Assembly (NCBI GenBank): GCA_963699635.1
Contig: CAVOUQ010000018.1
Location: 192,579 to 256,578, forward strand
Source: an uncultured Actinomycetes bacterium
Lineage (GTDB): Bacteria > Actinomycetota > UBA4738 > HRBIN12
Reading direction: 5' to 3'
DNA length: 64,000 bases
Part shown: in pieces, positions 9,722 to 19,142 of the stretch
Position numbering within the stretch: position 1 is the first letter of the stretch
How the letters are laid out: the number at the start of each line of letters is the position of its first letter
Program-made: the position numbers and the translations under genes
The notes under the pieces: model-generated
The model's database searches: none
Told to the model about the DNA's origin: nothing
What the model saw: only the letters and a program-made list of their open reading frames with translations

Positions 9722-10474
9722 GTGGACGTGTCCGAGCTGATCGAGCGGCTGCAGGTCGAGGGCGCACGGATGACGGACGTCGTCGCGCCCGCCGATCCCG
9801 GCGCGCCGGTCCCCACATGCCCCGACTGGGCGGTGCGCGACCTCGTTCGGCACCTCGGCGGCGTCCATCGTTGGGCGACCGGCTTCGTCCGTGGTGGGGA
9901 TCAGCCGAACGGAGGGGACCTCGAAGAGCTCGTCGGCGGTTGGCCGCTCGACCAGGAGCTGCCGGCGTGGTTCGCGATGGGCCATCGCGACCTCGTGGTG
10001 GCGCTGAGGTCGGCCCCGCCGGACCTGCAGACGTGGACGTTCCTGGACGCGCCGTCTCCGCTCGCGTTCTGGGCCCGTCGACAGGCGCACGAGACGGCGA
10101 TCCATCGCGTGGATGCCGAGTCGGCGATCGGGGAGATCACGGGCTTCCCCGCTCCGTTCGCCGTCGACGGGATCGACGAGCTCCTGCTGGCGTTCGTGGC
10201 ACGCGGCGGTTCGGCGCTTCCGATCGATCGGGAGCAGACGATGCTGGTCGAGGCGACGGATGCGCGCCGCAGCTGGCTGGTGACGTTCGCGCCCGATGGG
10301 CTCCGGACCAGCGGCGACGCCGAAGGGGCAGATCCCTCGACCCGCGTCCGAGGGAGCGCCTCGGATCTCTACGTGTGGCTGTGGAACAGACGCGGCACCG
10401 AAGGGCTGGGGCTGGAGGGCAACCGCGAGTTGCCGGTGCTGTGGCGAGACCACGTCAGAGTCCGATGGAGCTGA
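9722..10474 (+). CDS. Maleylpyruvate isomerase family mycothiol-dependent enzyme (MDMPI)
   Basis: VPTCPDWAVRDLVRHLGGVHRW, RRQAHETAIHRVD, DGIDELL. Confidence 0.92.
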   Translation: MDVSELIERLQVEGARMTDVVAPADPGAPVPTCPDWAVRDLVRHLGGVHRWATGFVRGGDQPNGGDLEELVGGWPLDQELPAWFAMGHRDLVVALRSAPPDLQTWTFLDAPSPLAFWARRQAHETAIHRVDAESAIGEITGFPAPFAVDGIDELLLAFVARGGSALPIDREQTMLVEATDARRSWLVTFAPDGLRTSGDAEGADPSTRVRGSASDLYVWLWNRRGTEGLGLEGNRELPVLWRDHVRVRWS

Positions 10475-10529
10475 CCTGATCTCGTTCACCCCTGACGGCC
10501 AACCGGTGCGTGGCTCGCCAGGGTGACGC

Positions 10530-10970
10530 CTACGTCGGATCCATCCCGTGGCGGCGCATCAACTCCACCTCCGCCTGGCGATCGGGTGGGGCGTCTCTGC
10601 CCCAGAGCTCTTCGAGTTCCGCGAAGTAGCCGTCCAGTGCAGGAGCATGGAGAACGAGCAGTCTCGACGGAGCGTCGCTCGTGTTGCCGAACGTGTGCGC
10701 GACGCCGGCAGGGACCAGTACGAACACTCCCGGCCCACCATCGATGATGGACTCGTCGATGTGGAACGCGATCGCGCCTTCGAGCACGAAGAAGGCTTCC
10801 TCGGTACCGACGTGACGGTGTGCAGGCGGCATCATGGCTCCCGAAGGAACCGTTCGCTCCATCAGCGAGAATCGACCGCCAGTGGTGTCGCCGATCGCCT
10901 TGAAGAACATCTCGTTCCCGCGGGCGGAACGGCGCAGGCCTTCGCCGAGGTTGTAGCGGATCGCCTCCAT
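10530..10970 (-). CDS. Cupin domain protein
   Basis: PAHRH..EEAFFVLEG and VPAGVAHTFGN cupin motifs. Confidence 0.88.
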   Translation of the reverse strand: MEAIRYNLGEGLRRSARGNEMFFKAIGDTTGGRFSLMERTVPSGAMMPPAHRHVGTEEAFFVLEGAIAFHIDESIIDGGPGVFVLVPAGVAHTFGNTSDAPSRLLVLHAPALDGYFAELEELWGRDAPPDRQAEVELMRRHGMDPT

Positions 10971-11037
10971 GGCCCATTCTTACCGTGGCGAGGAGGCACC
11001 GTCTATGAGTAGGGACGGCTCACCGGCGGTCACGAAG

Positions 11038-11114
11038 CGGACCCGGTGAGATTCGAACTCACGAGCCCCTTTCAAGGGCTAACCGCTCAGCAGGCGGCTG
11101 TTACCCGACGGTCC
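11038..11114 (-). other. tRNA-Ser(GCT)-like element lacking a canonical D-arm (tRNA 3' fragment / att-like)
   Basis: Intact anticodon arm GCCGC CT GCT GA GCGGT, variable arm AGCCC TTGAAAG GGGCT, T arm GTGAG TTCGAAT CTCAC, then CGGGTCC G; no normal D arm. Confidence 0.75.
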
Positions 11115-11156
11115 CCTTCGGGGGGTCGATCAGCCCGCAGGGTCCAGGTGCCCGTC

Positions 11157-12227
11157 CTACGGCGGGCCCTCGCAGTCGATGACCGTCTCTCCGTTGACGC
11201 ACGAGTCGGTTCCCTCCCCACCGTTCAAGCCGTCCGACCCCTCCCCGCCGTCGAGAGCGTCATTGCCGGCGCTACCCGAGATGCTGTCGTCCCCACCCTC
11301 GCCGAGCAGGGTGTCGTTCCCATCGTTGCCGTTCACGACGTCGTTGCCGCCCGAGGCCTCGACCCGGTCGTCGCCGGCGCCCCCGGAGATGCTGTCCCGA
11401 TCGTCACCATCACCGGCGATCTCGATGTCATCACCGTAGATGAAGTCGTTGCCGCCTCTCCCCTCGATCGTATCGGGTCCCGGGCCCCCGATGAGGTGGT
11501 CGTCCTCCTCGGCGGCGTCGTTCGCGTCGTTCGCGTCGAGGATGTCGTGGCCCGCCTCTCCGTACATGAAGTCGGCGTCCGCCCCACCGTCGATGCCGTC
11601 GTCGCCGTCCCCGCCGTACATCTCATCGACGCCCGGGCCACCCTCGAGGACGTCGTTGCCCGCATCTCCGTACATCGCGTCGTTCCCGCTGCCGCCGACG
11701 AGGGGGTCGTTGTCGTCCCCGCCGTACATGACGTCGTCGCCCCGGCCGCCGAAGATGTCATCGATGCCCCCCTCGCCCCTGAGCTCGGGGTCGTTGCCGG
11801 CATTGCCCTCGACGACGTCATGCCCGTCGCCGGCGAAGATCCGGTCGTCGCCTTCCTGGCCGGCGAGAGAGTCGTCGCTCCCGGCTCCGAAGATCACGTC
11901 GTTGCCCTTGCCCCCGTTCAGGAAGTCGACCACGGAGCCGCCGAGGATGCGGTCATTGCCAGATCCGCCGTCGACCGTACCTCCGCCGGGCCCGGCGCAG
12001 ATGACGTCGTTGCCCCCGAGCCCGGAGATCGTGTCGGCGCCGGCCCCTCCGTTGATGACGTCTCGCCCGTTCGTGCCGCGAAGGGTGTCGGGTCCGCGGG
12101 TGCCGTGGATCGTCGCCCCCTCGCCGTCGCACATCTGGCCGGCCAGGGCGACGGGGACAGAGGCAAGCAGCGCACCACCGAGCACGAGGGCGAACGCGAC
12201 CGCTCCTCGTCGACGGAACCCAGACAT
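11157..12227 (-). CDS. Secreted calcium-binding protein with hemolysin-type (GGxGxD) repeats
   Basis: Signal-peptide-like N-terminus, CDGEGATIHGT, more than 20 GGxGxD nonapeptide repeats. Confidence 0.9.
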   Translation of the reverse strand: MSGFRRRGAVAFALVLGGALLASVPVALAGQMCDGEGATIHGTRGPDTLRGTNGRDVINGGAGADTISGLGGNDVICAGPGGGTVDGGSGNDRILGGSVVDFLNGGKGNDVIFGAGSDDSLAGQEGDDRIFAGDGHDVVEGNAGNDPELRGEGGIDDIFGGRGDDVMYGGDDNDPLVGGSGNDAMYGDAGNDVLEGGPGVDEMYGGDGDDGIDGGADADFMYGEAGHDILDANDANDAAEEDDHLIGGPGPDTIEGRGGNDFIYGDDIEIAGDGDDRDSISGGAGDDRVEASGGNDVVNGNDGNDTLLGEGGDDSISGSAGNDALDGGEGSDGLNGGEGTDSCVNGETVIDCEGPP

Positions 12228-12354
12228 GAACCACCCTCCCATGCGCGCATCGTGACCGGTCAAGGCTGCCGACGCAAACCGAGCACGCTCCAGCCGCTCG
12301 TGGCGCGCCACCCGGTCGCGAACGATGAACGCCCGGATCGATGAAGGTCTAATC

Positions 12355-12445
12355 GGCGGAGACGACAGGATTCGAACCTGTGAGGGAGTGTTATCCCCCT
12401 AACCGCTTAGCAGGCGGCTGCTTTCGGCCACTCAGCCACGTCTCC
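12355..12445 (-). tRNA. tRNA-Ser (GCT)
   Basis: GGAGACG TG GCTGAGTGGCCGAAAGC A GCCGC CT GCT AA GCGGT, long variable arm, ACAGG TTCGAAT CCTGT CGTCTCC G CC. Confidence 0.96.
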
Positions 12446-12487
12446 GCGACGGATTCTACGGAACCAGCCCGCGAGTACGCTTCGGCC

Positions 12488-13110
12488 GTGCCGGACGTGG
12501 TCGTCGTGGGCGGGGGGATCATCGGCGCGGCCTGCGCCCGCGAGCTCGCCCGCGGCGGCGCCTCCGTGACGCTCATGGAGAAGGACGAGCTCGTAGCCGG
12601 CGCCTCGGGCCGGAACCTCGGACTACCTCGACACTTCGAAGGATCCGCTCCTGGTTCCGATGGCCCGGGCGAGCCTGCCGCCGTATCTCCAGGTGGTCGA
12701 CGAGGCGCCGTTCCCGGTGTTCCTCGATCGCGAGCCGCTCGGCACGCTTGCCGTCACCCTCGACGAGGACGAGCTCGCGGACCTCGGCGCGTGGGTCGAA
12801 GCGGCGCGCCGGACCGATGTCTCGCCAATGTTCCAGCCGGCGCCGGACGGCTCGATCGTGACCGGGACCTCGCGCGAGCCCGCGATTGCGGCAGACCCCG
12901 ACGGGTTCGACGTGCCGAGGGCGGTCGCGCGTCAGGCGATCCGCCTGATCCCCGCGCTCGCGCGACGGCCTCGTCGTCGCGACGGGCCACGGATCGGAGG
13001 GCGTCATCCTCGGCGGCGGGACCGCGCACCTCGTGCGCGCGATCGTCGGCGACGACGACCCTCCGTTCGACCCCGCGCCGTTCGAGCCGTATCGGTTCGA
13101 AGGGGGGTGA
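12488..13110 (+). pseudogene. FAD-dependent oxidoreductase (DAO/glycine oxidase family), internally deleted and frameshifted
   Basis: VVVVGGGIIGAACA..GASGRNLG, middle QPAPDGSIVTG, terminal TGHGSEGVILGGGTA..PFEPYRF in different frames; only ~200 codons in total. Confidence 0.7.
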
Positions 13111-13116
13111 GGCGAG

Positions 13117-13497
13117 ATGGACCACGCCGACTTCGTGACGCTCATGGAACGGATCCGAGACAGCTGGATCGCGGGCGACACGCCGCGGGCGCTCGAGTGC
13201 TTCACGGACGACTGCGTCTACATGGAGCCGCCCGACGAGCAGCGATACGAGGGGCGCGACGAGCTGTTCGAGTTCTTCGGCGGCGACGATCCCCCGCCCA
13301 TGAACCTGGTGTGGCACCACCTCGTCGTCGACGGTGACCTCGGGGTCGGCGAGTACACGTTCCGGGGCAACCGTCAGTACCACGGCATCGTGATCGTGCA
13401 GCTCCGCGACGGCCGCATCTGCCGGTGGCGCGAGTACCAGGTCGAGTCGGGTCTGCCGTGGGAGGCCTTCGTCGGCCCGAGCCGATTCGACGGCTAG
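13117..13497 (+). CDS. NTF2/SnoaL-like family protein
   Basis: FTDDCVY, GRDEL, DGRICRWREY. Confidence 0.8.
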   Translation: MDHADFVTLMERIRDSWIAGDTPRALECFTDDCVYMEPPDEQRYEGRDELFEFFGGDDPPPMNLVWHHLVVDGDLGVGEYTFRGNRQYHGIVIVQLRDGRICRWREYQVESGLPWEAFVGPSRFDG

Positions 13498-14003
13498 TCC
13501 GGCTCGATCTCGGTTGCCCCCGGATGGGGGCCCGGGGGAACGAGCTCGCGGACGACCCGGGCGACGGCGCGGATCACGTCGTCGCGGGCGAGGATCCCGA
13601 CCGAGCGCCCGGCGTCGTCGACGACCGGCAGCCGGTTCACGCCGACGGCGTCCATCAGGTCGATCGCGCGGATCAGCGGCTCGGTCGCCCGGATCGTCAC
13701 GACGTCTCGGGTCATGACATCGGCGACCGTCAGGTTCGCGAGGTGACGCTCGCCCCGGAGGAACGGCCCGCTCGTCTGCGGCGCGAGATGGCCTTCGCGC
13801 TCCAGCAGGTCGCGCAGGGTGATCACCCCCACCACGCGGTTGCCCTCGATCACCGGGGCGCCGGCGACGCCCTCGGACCCCAGTCGCAGGGCCACGTCGC
13901 CCGCACGCATGTCGGGCTCGAACGTGACGACGGTGGCCGTCATCGCGGCGCCCGCGGTGCCGAACACCTTCTCGGCCTCGCGACGGAAGGCGTCCCTATC
14001 CAT
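13494..14003 (-). CDS. CBS domain protein
   Basis: Paired CBS motifs GAPVI..VVGVITLRDL and RLPVVD..VGILARDD; AGGAGG RBS. Confidence 0.85.
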   Translation of the reverse strand: MDRDAFRREAEKVFGTAGAAMTATVVTFEPDMRAGDVALRLGSEGVAGAPVIEGNRVVGVITLRDLLEREGHLAPQTSGPFLRGERHLANLTVADVMTRDVVTIRATEPLIRAIDLMDAVGVNRLPVVDDAGRSVGILARDDVIRAVARVVRELVPPGPHPGATEIEPD

Positions 14004-14086
14004 CCGAACCTCCTTCCGATCGAATGGTCCGCCCGCCGAGGGGAACCACGCTCGGGTCGGGCGACCCGCAAGCCACGTGCCGTCCG

Positions 14087-15191
14087 TCAAGGCCGGGGCG
14101 GGCGCCCGAAGCGCTCGAGCAGTTCGAGCGTGCGGTCGAGCGGGAGGGCGTGCAGCACGTGCCCATCGCGTCCCACCGTGGTCGTCGCGGTGAACAACGC
14201 GTTCACCACGGCCTCCTCGACGGCCTCAACGGTGGCGGCGAACAGCTCGTTCATGGGGTCGGATGCCCTCCCACGCGGCCCCGTCAAGGACCGCACGGAG
14301 GTCGACCAGTCCGTCCGCCGTGTCGAGCGGGATCCGGTTCGCGGTCGAGAACGCGATCATCAGCTCGCCCGACCCGTTGTGCCCGGTCGAGCCGCACCGG
14401 GCGAGGCCCAGCCCGGCCCGGACGGCGAGCCGACGAGCCTGGTGCGGGAGCATCGGCGCGTCCGTCGCGACCACCACGATGCACGAGCCCTCCTCGTGGC
14501 CCTCGGGCATCAGATCGGCGATCTCGCGCCCGATCGGCACGCCGTCGATCCGGAGCAGCTCGCGTTCGCCGAAGTTCGTGAGCACGAGGACCCCGACGGT
14601 GAATCGCCCCTGAACGACGCGCGAGGCGGTGCCGATCCCGCCCTTGAAGTCCATGCACTGCATCCCGGTCCCGGCGCCGACGCAGCCCTCGGCGACGTCG
14701 CCGCCGGCGGCCGCATCGAGCGCCTCGAACACGTCGGCGTCCGAGAGCGGGAACGTCGTCACGTCGTTCAGGAACGAGTCGTCGCACTCGGTCACGAGCG
14801 GCATGTCGCCGCCGTGGCTCGTCGTGACGGCGTGGCGCTGCGCGCGCCAGCGCACGACCGCGTCGTACGCGCGTCCGATCGCGAGCGAGCTCGTGAGCAC
14901 GATCGGCGAGTGGAGCAGCCCCCACTCGTTCACCTGGTTGATCCCGATCATCTCGCCGTAGCCGTTGAGGATGTGGGTCCCGGCGTACACGCGCTCGACC
15001 CACGGGAGCCCCTCGTGCGGGAAGATCGCGGTCACGCCGGTCCGAACCGCGCCGCGGCCGTCCGGGCTGGGGTCGCGAACCACGGTCGCGTGCCCGACGC
15101 GCACGCCCGCGACGTCGGTGATCGCGTTCCGAGGTCCGGTCGGGAGGGTCCCGATCTCGACCCCGAGCTGCCGCGCCCTGCCTCGCTCCAT
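14087..15191 (-). CDS. P1 family aminopeptidase (DmpA-like), frameshift near 14270
   Basis: NAITDVAGVRVGH, RTGVTAI, EGCVGAGTG, FKGGIGTASR, GSCIVVVATDAP, EAVEEAVVNAL. Confidence 0.9.
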
Positions 15192-15267
15192 CTCGCCTCC
15201 TCGACGGCGGCCGATGCTACCTCGCGCCGGACGGCGTTCCCGGAGCGCGGGGCTAGACTGGCGCGTC

Positions 15268-16527
15268 ATGGCGATCCTCGCGCTCGGCGTCTCCCATCGT
15301 CGCGCCACCGTCGAGCTGCTCGAGCGGCTCGCGTTCGCCGAAGAGGACCTCGCCAAGGCGTATCGCCGCGCGAGCGACGATCCGGCGATCGAAGAGGCCG
15401 TGATCCTCTCGACGTGCAACCGCGTCGAGCTCTACGGGAGCGTCCCGAACTATCACGCGGGGTTCCAGGCCCTCAAGCGGCTGCTCTGCGAGTCCCGCGG
15501 CGTGTCCCCGGAGGAGATCGCCGACCCGCTGTACTCGCACTTCGAGCTCGAGGCGGCCGAGCACGTGTTCTCCGTCGCCGGCGGCCTGGACTCGATGGTG
15601 CTCGGCGAGCCCCAGGTCCTGTCCCAGGTTCGTGAGGCGGTCCGGTTCGCCGAGGTGGAGGGCGCTGCCGGTCGCCATCTCACGGACGTGTTCCACGCGG
15701 CGTCCCGCGCGGGCCGGCGCATCCGGACGGAGACCTCGGTCGGGGCGGCGCCCGACGCGTTCGTGGCCGCCGGGGCCGACCTGGCCGAGGGCGTCCTCGG
15801 CTCGCTCGAGGATCGCCGGGCCGTCGTCGTCGGCGCCGGCCCGATGTCCGCGCTCGGCGTCAAGCACCTGCGACGACGGGGCGTGGGCACCGTCCGGATC
15901 CTGAACCGCTCGCTCGATCGGGCACGGGCGCTGGCCGAGCGCACGGACGCCGAACACGGCGACCTGGCACAGCTGCGGGAGGCGCTCGCCGACGCGGACC
16001 TGCTCGTCTCCGCCACGGGCGCTGCGGGCGTCGTCGTCGACGCCTCGGCGCTCGAGGGCCGGACGCGACCGCTCTTCGTCCTCGACCTCGCCGTGCCGCG
16101 CGACGTCGAGGCGTCCGCGCGCGAGCTTCCGAACGTGACCCTCGTCGACATCGACGGGCTTCGGGAGTCGCTCGCGGTTCGCGGGGTCGAGGCGGCGGTC
16201 GACATCGCCCGCGCGCACGAGATCGTCGCCGAGGAGGTCCGGCGGTACGCGCTTCGACGACGGTCCGAGCGCCTCGCGCCGCTCATCCGCGCGCTGCGCG
16301 AACGCGGAGAGGAGGTCGTTGCCCTCGAGCTCGAGCGCTTCCGCTCCGACCTCGCCACTCTCACCTCCGTCGAGCGCGAGGCCGTCGAGGCGCTCGCGCG
16401 CGGCATCGTCGCGAAGCTCCTGCACGACCCCATCGTCCGGTTGAAGGAGCGCTCTGCGCCCGGCACGCAGGACGCGCCTGCGAGGCTGCTCGCGGACCTG
16501 TTCGGCATCGAGCGCGCCGGCGAGTGA
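15268..16527 (+). CDS. hemA: Glutamyl-tRNA reductase
   Basis: LSTCNRVE, GLDSMVLGEPQVLSQV, DLAVPRD. Confidence 0.97.
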   Translation: MAILALGVSHRRATVELLERLAFAEEDLAKAYRRASDDPAIEEAVILSTCNRVELYGSVPNYHAGFQALKRLLCESRGVSPEEIADPLYSHFELEAAEHVFSVAGGLDSMVLGEPQVLSQVREAVRFAEVEGAAGRHLTDVFHAASRAGRRIRTETSVGAAPDAFVAAGADLAEGVLGSLEDRRAVVVGAGPMSALGVKHLRRRGVGTVRILNRSLDRARALAERTDAEHGDLAQLREALADADLLVSATGAAGVVVDASALEGRTRPLFVLDLAVPRDVEASARELPNVTLVDIDGLRESLAVRGVEAAVDIARAHEIVAEEVRRYALRRRSERLAPLIRALRERGEEVVALELERFRSDLATLTSVEREAVEALARGIVAKLLHDPIVRLKERSAPGTQDAPARLLADLFGIERAGE

Positions 16528-17417
16528 AGCTTCGGATCGGGACGCGCCGCTCCAGGCTCGCGCTCGCCCAGGCCGAGGAGGTCGCGAGCGGGCTGCGGCG
16601 CGACGGTCACGAGGTCGAGCTCGTCCCGATGACGACCTCGGGCGACCGAGGGGCGGGCGCCTTCACGGACCCGGCCGGCCTGAAGGGGCTGTTCGTTGCC
16701 GAGATCGTCCGCGCGCTCCGAGACGGCGAGGTCGACCTCGCCGTGCACTCGGCCAAGGACCTGCCCGCCGAGGACGACGCGGGACTCGTGATCGCGGCCG
16801 TCCCCGAGCGCGCCTCGGCGCTCGACGTCCTGCTCACGCGCGACGGCGAGCTCGGGCCCGGCGGTCGCGTCGGCACCTCGAGCCTCCGCCGCCGGGCGCA
16901 GGTGTTCCGGTGGCGCCCCGATGCTTTGCTGAAGGACCTGCGCGGCAACGTCGACACGCGGCTGCGCAAGCTCGCCGACGGCGAGGTCGAGGCGCTCGTG
17001 CTCGCCGCCGCCGGGCTCCTGCGGCTCGGCGTCGTGCCCGAGCACGTCGCGCCGATGTCCCTCGCCGAGATGGTCCCCGCCCCCGGCCAGGGATGCCTCG
17101 CGGTGCAGGCGCGAGCGGACGACGCGGAGACGCGGGAGGCGGTCGCGGCGCTCGATCACGCGCCGAGCCGCGACGCGCTCACCGCCGAACGGACGCTGAT
17201 GCGCGCGCTCGGCGGCGGGTGCGCGCTCCCGCTCGGGGCGTTCGCGGAGCGCACCGCCGCCGGGATGCGAATGGTCGCGATCGTGCTCACCCCCGACGGC
17301 GGGCGGCGCGCGCGCGCCGAGGTCGCCGCCGCGACGCCGGAGGAGGTCGCCGAGCTCGCAAGACGGGAGCTCGTGGCCGGCGGGGCGGAGGAGATCCTCT
17401 CGGCGGTTCGCCCGTGA
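16524..17417 (+). CDS. hemC: Hydroxymethylbilane synthase
   Basis: GTRRSRLALAQ, VHSAKD, GTSSLRR, RGNVDTRL, LGGGC. Confidence 0.97.
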   Translation: MKLRIGTRRSRLALAQAEEVASGLRRDGHEVELVPMTTSGDRGAGAFTDPAGLKGLFVAEIVRALRDGEVDLAVHSAKDLPAEDDAGLVIAAVPERASALDVLLTRDGELGPGGRVGTSSLRRRAQVFRWRPDALLKDLRGNVDTRLRKLADGEVEALVLAAAGLLRLGVVPEHVAPMSLAEMVPAPGQGCLAVQARADDAETREAVAALDHAPSRDALTAERTLMRALGGGCALPLGAFAERTAAGMRMVAIVLTPDGGRRARAEVAAATPEEVAELARRELVAGGAEEILSAVRP

Positions 17418-18161
17418 AGCCGCTCGCCGGCCGGACGGTGCTCGTGACCCGTCCCATCGAACAGGCCGATGACCTCGCGCGCGGCGCTCGAACGACGAGG
17501 CGCCACGGCGATCGTCGGCCCCGTCCATCGAGATCGTCGCGATCCGGTCCGCGGCGCTCGACGCGCTCGCTCGAACGGCTGGCCAGACGGGGCATTCGAC
17601 TGGGTGACGATCACGAGCCCGCGAACGGTCGACGCGCTCTCGGAGAGGCTTCGGCCGAGCGACGTCCGCGCCAATGTTGCGGCGATCGGCGACGGGACGC
17701 GCGAGGCGTTCCGCCGGTGGGCCAGGCGCGAGCCCGATCTCGTGCCGAAGACCTTCACGACCGCGTCGCTCGCGCGCGCGTTCCCGCGCGGGACCGGGCG
17801 GGTCCTGTGCCCGAGGGCCGACGTCGCGCCGGAGGGGCTCGAGGCGGCGATCGCGGCGAAGGGGTGGACGACGACCCGCGTCGACGCCTACCGGACGCGG
17901 ATCCCGCGATCGCTGCCGCCGGACGCGCGGGCGGCGTTGCGCGCGGGCCGCGTCGACGCGGTGACCTTCACCAGCGCCTCCACCGTGCGCGGGTTCGTAC
18001 GGCTGCTGGGAGCGGCGAAGGGCCATCCCAGGGTCGTCTGCATCGGTCCGGTCACGGCGCGCGAGGCCCGGGCCCATGGCTTCACCGTGCACGCCGTCGC
18101 GAACCCCCACACGGTCGCGGGCCTCGTGGAGGCCGTCGAGCGGTCGCTCGCTCGGCATTGA
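17414..18161 (+). CDS. hemD: Uroporphyrinogen-III synthase (frameshifts in 5' part)
   Basis: LAGRTVLVTRP start, AIGDGT, AYRT, VTFTSASTV, CIGPVTA; follows hemC. Confidence 0.88.
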
Positions 18162-18192
18162 CATCGCGAATACTCAATCTTTAGTATTCGCG
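18158..18192 (+). promoter_or_regulatory. Sigma70-type promoter overlapped by a 10-bp inverted-repeat operator
   Basis: TTGACA (18158-63), 18 bp, TAGTAT (18182-87); CGCGAATACT-N8-AGTATTCGCG at 18165-18192. Confidence 0.8.
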
Positions 18193-18199
18193 GAACACC

Positions 18200-19120
18200 A
18201 TGCTGACGAGGCTCTTGATCCTGTGGCTCCTGTCCGAGGCCCCGATGCACGGGTACCGGATCAAGCGCACGCTCGACGACGAGGCGCTGCGGTTCTGGTT
18301 CTCGGTCGACTACGGGTCCGTGTACGCGGTCCTTCGCACCCTGGAGCGCGAAGGGCTGGTGCGCGAGACGCCGCTCGAGCGGGAGGGAGCCCGGCCGCCG
18401 CGGCGACGCTACGCGATCACCCCCGCGGGGCGGCTGGCGCTCGCCGACCTGTTGCGGGAGGCGTGGGTGCGGCTGCCGGACCGCGGCGACCCGCTCGACC
18501 TGGCCCTCGCGGCGCGTTCGGAGCTCCCGGACGAGGAGGTCGACGCCCTGATCGAGCGGCGCGCGGAGGCGCTCCGGGATCGCCTGCGCGAGCTCGGCAC
18601 CCTCGCGAGTTCCGCGCCGGCACCCGAGCTCGTGCCCCGTCACGTCGCGTTCACCCAGGCCGAGCTGTCGTGGATCGAGGCGCTTCGCGGAGACGGAGCG
18701 CTCGGAAAGGAGGAAGGGACGATGCAGCACCCGACCGACGTGCAGCTGATCGCGAACCTGGTGGTGCGTCGACCGGACGGGCGGATCGTCCTGGTCCGTT
18801 ATCACGACGACGACGAGCGGTGGTGGCTCCCGGGCGAGGACCTCGAAGCCTACGAGCACCCGGACGAGCGGGCCCGGCGGATCCTGGAGATGACCTTCCC
18901 GGGGTTGCGGGTGTCGAGCTCGTCGTTCCACCACGTCGAGTCGTTCCGGGGACGCCGCGGCTGGCACGTCGTCTTCCACTACCTCGTCGAGGCGGACGGC
19001 GACGCGACCTCGGAGTATCCGACCGAGTGGTTCGATCCGACGGACCTGCCGAGGACGATGCACGGCCGCTGGGAGCGCGACTCGGTGGGCCGCGTGCTCG
19101 AAGCGGCGACCGCGGATTGA
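18200..19120 (+). CDS. PadR-family regulator read in frame into a degenerate NUDIX domain
   Basis: PMHGYRIKR..GSVYAVLRTLEREGLV..YAITPAG (PadR); WWLPGEDLEAYEHPDERARR (Nudix-like); internal RBS and ATG at 18722. Confidence 0.8.
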   Translation: MLTRLLILWLLSEAPMHGYRIKRTLDDEALRFWFSVDYGSVYAVLRTLEREGLVRETPLEREGARPPRRRYAITPAGRLALADLLREAWVRLPDRGDPLDLALAARSELPDEEVDALIERRAEALRDRLRELGTLASSAPAPELVPRHVAFTQAELSWIEALRGDGALGKEEGTMQHPTDVQLIANLVVRRPDGRIVLVRYHDDDERWWLPGEDLEAYEHPDERARRILEMTFPGLRVSSSSFHHVESFRGRRGWHVVFHYLVEADGDATSEYPTEWFDPTDLPRTMHGRWERDSVGRVLEAATAD

Positions 19121-19142
19121 GCTCCGGCCGTAGACTCCGCGG

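Noticed and set aside
11038-11114. Selenocysteine tRNA or 8/4 allo-tRNA
   Set aside because: Anticodon is GCT, the T stem is a normal 5 bp, and no sel genes are present
11157-12100. Periodic DNA repeats
   Set aside because: Explained by GGxGxD calcium-binding protein repeats
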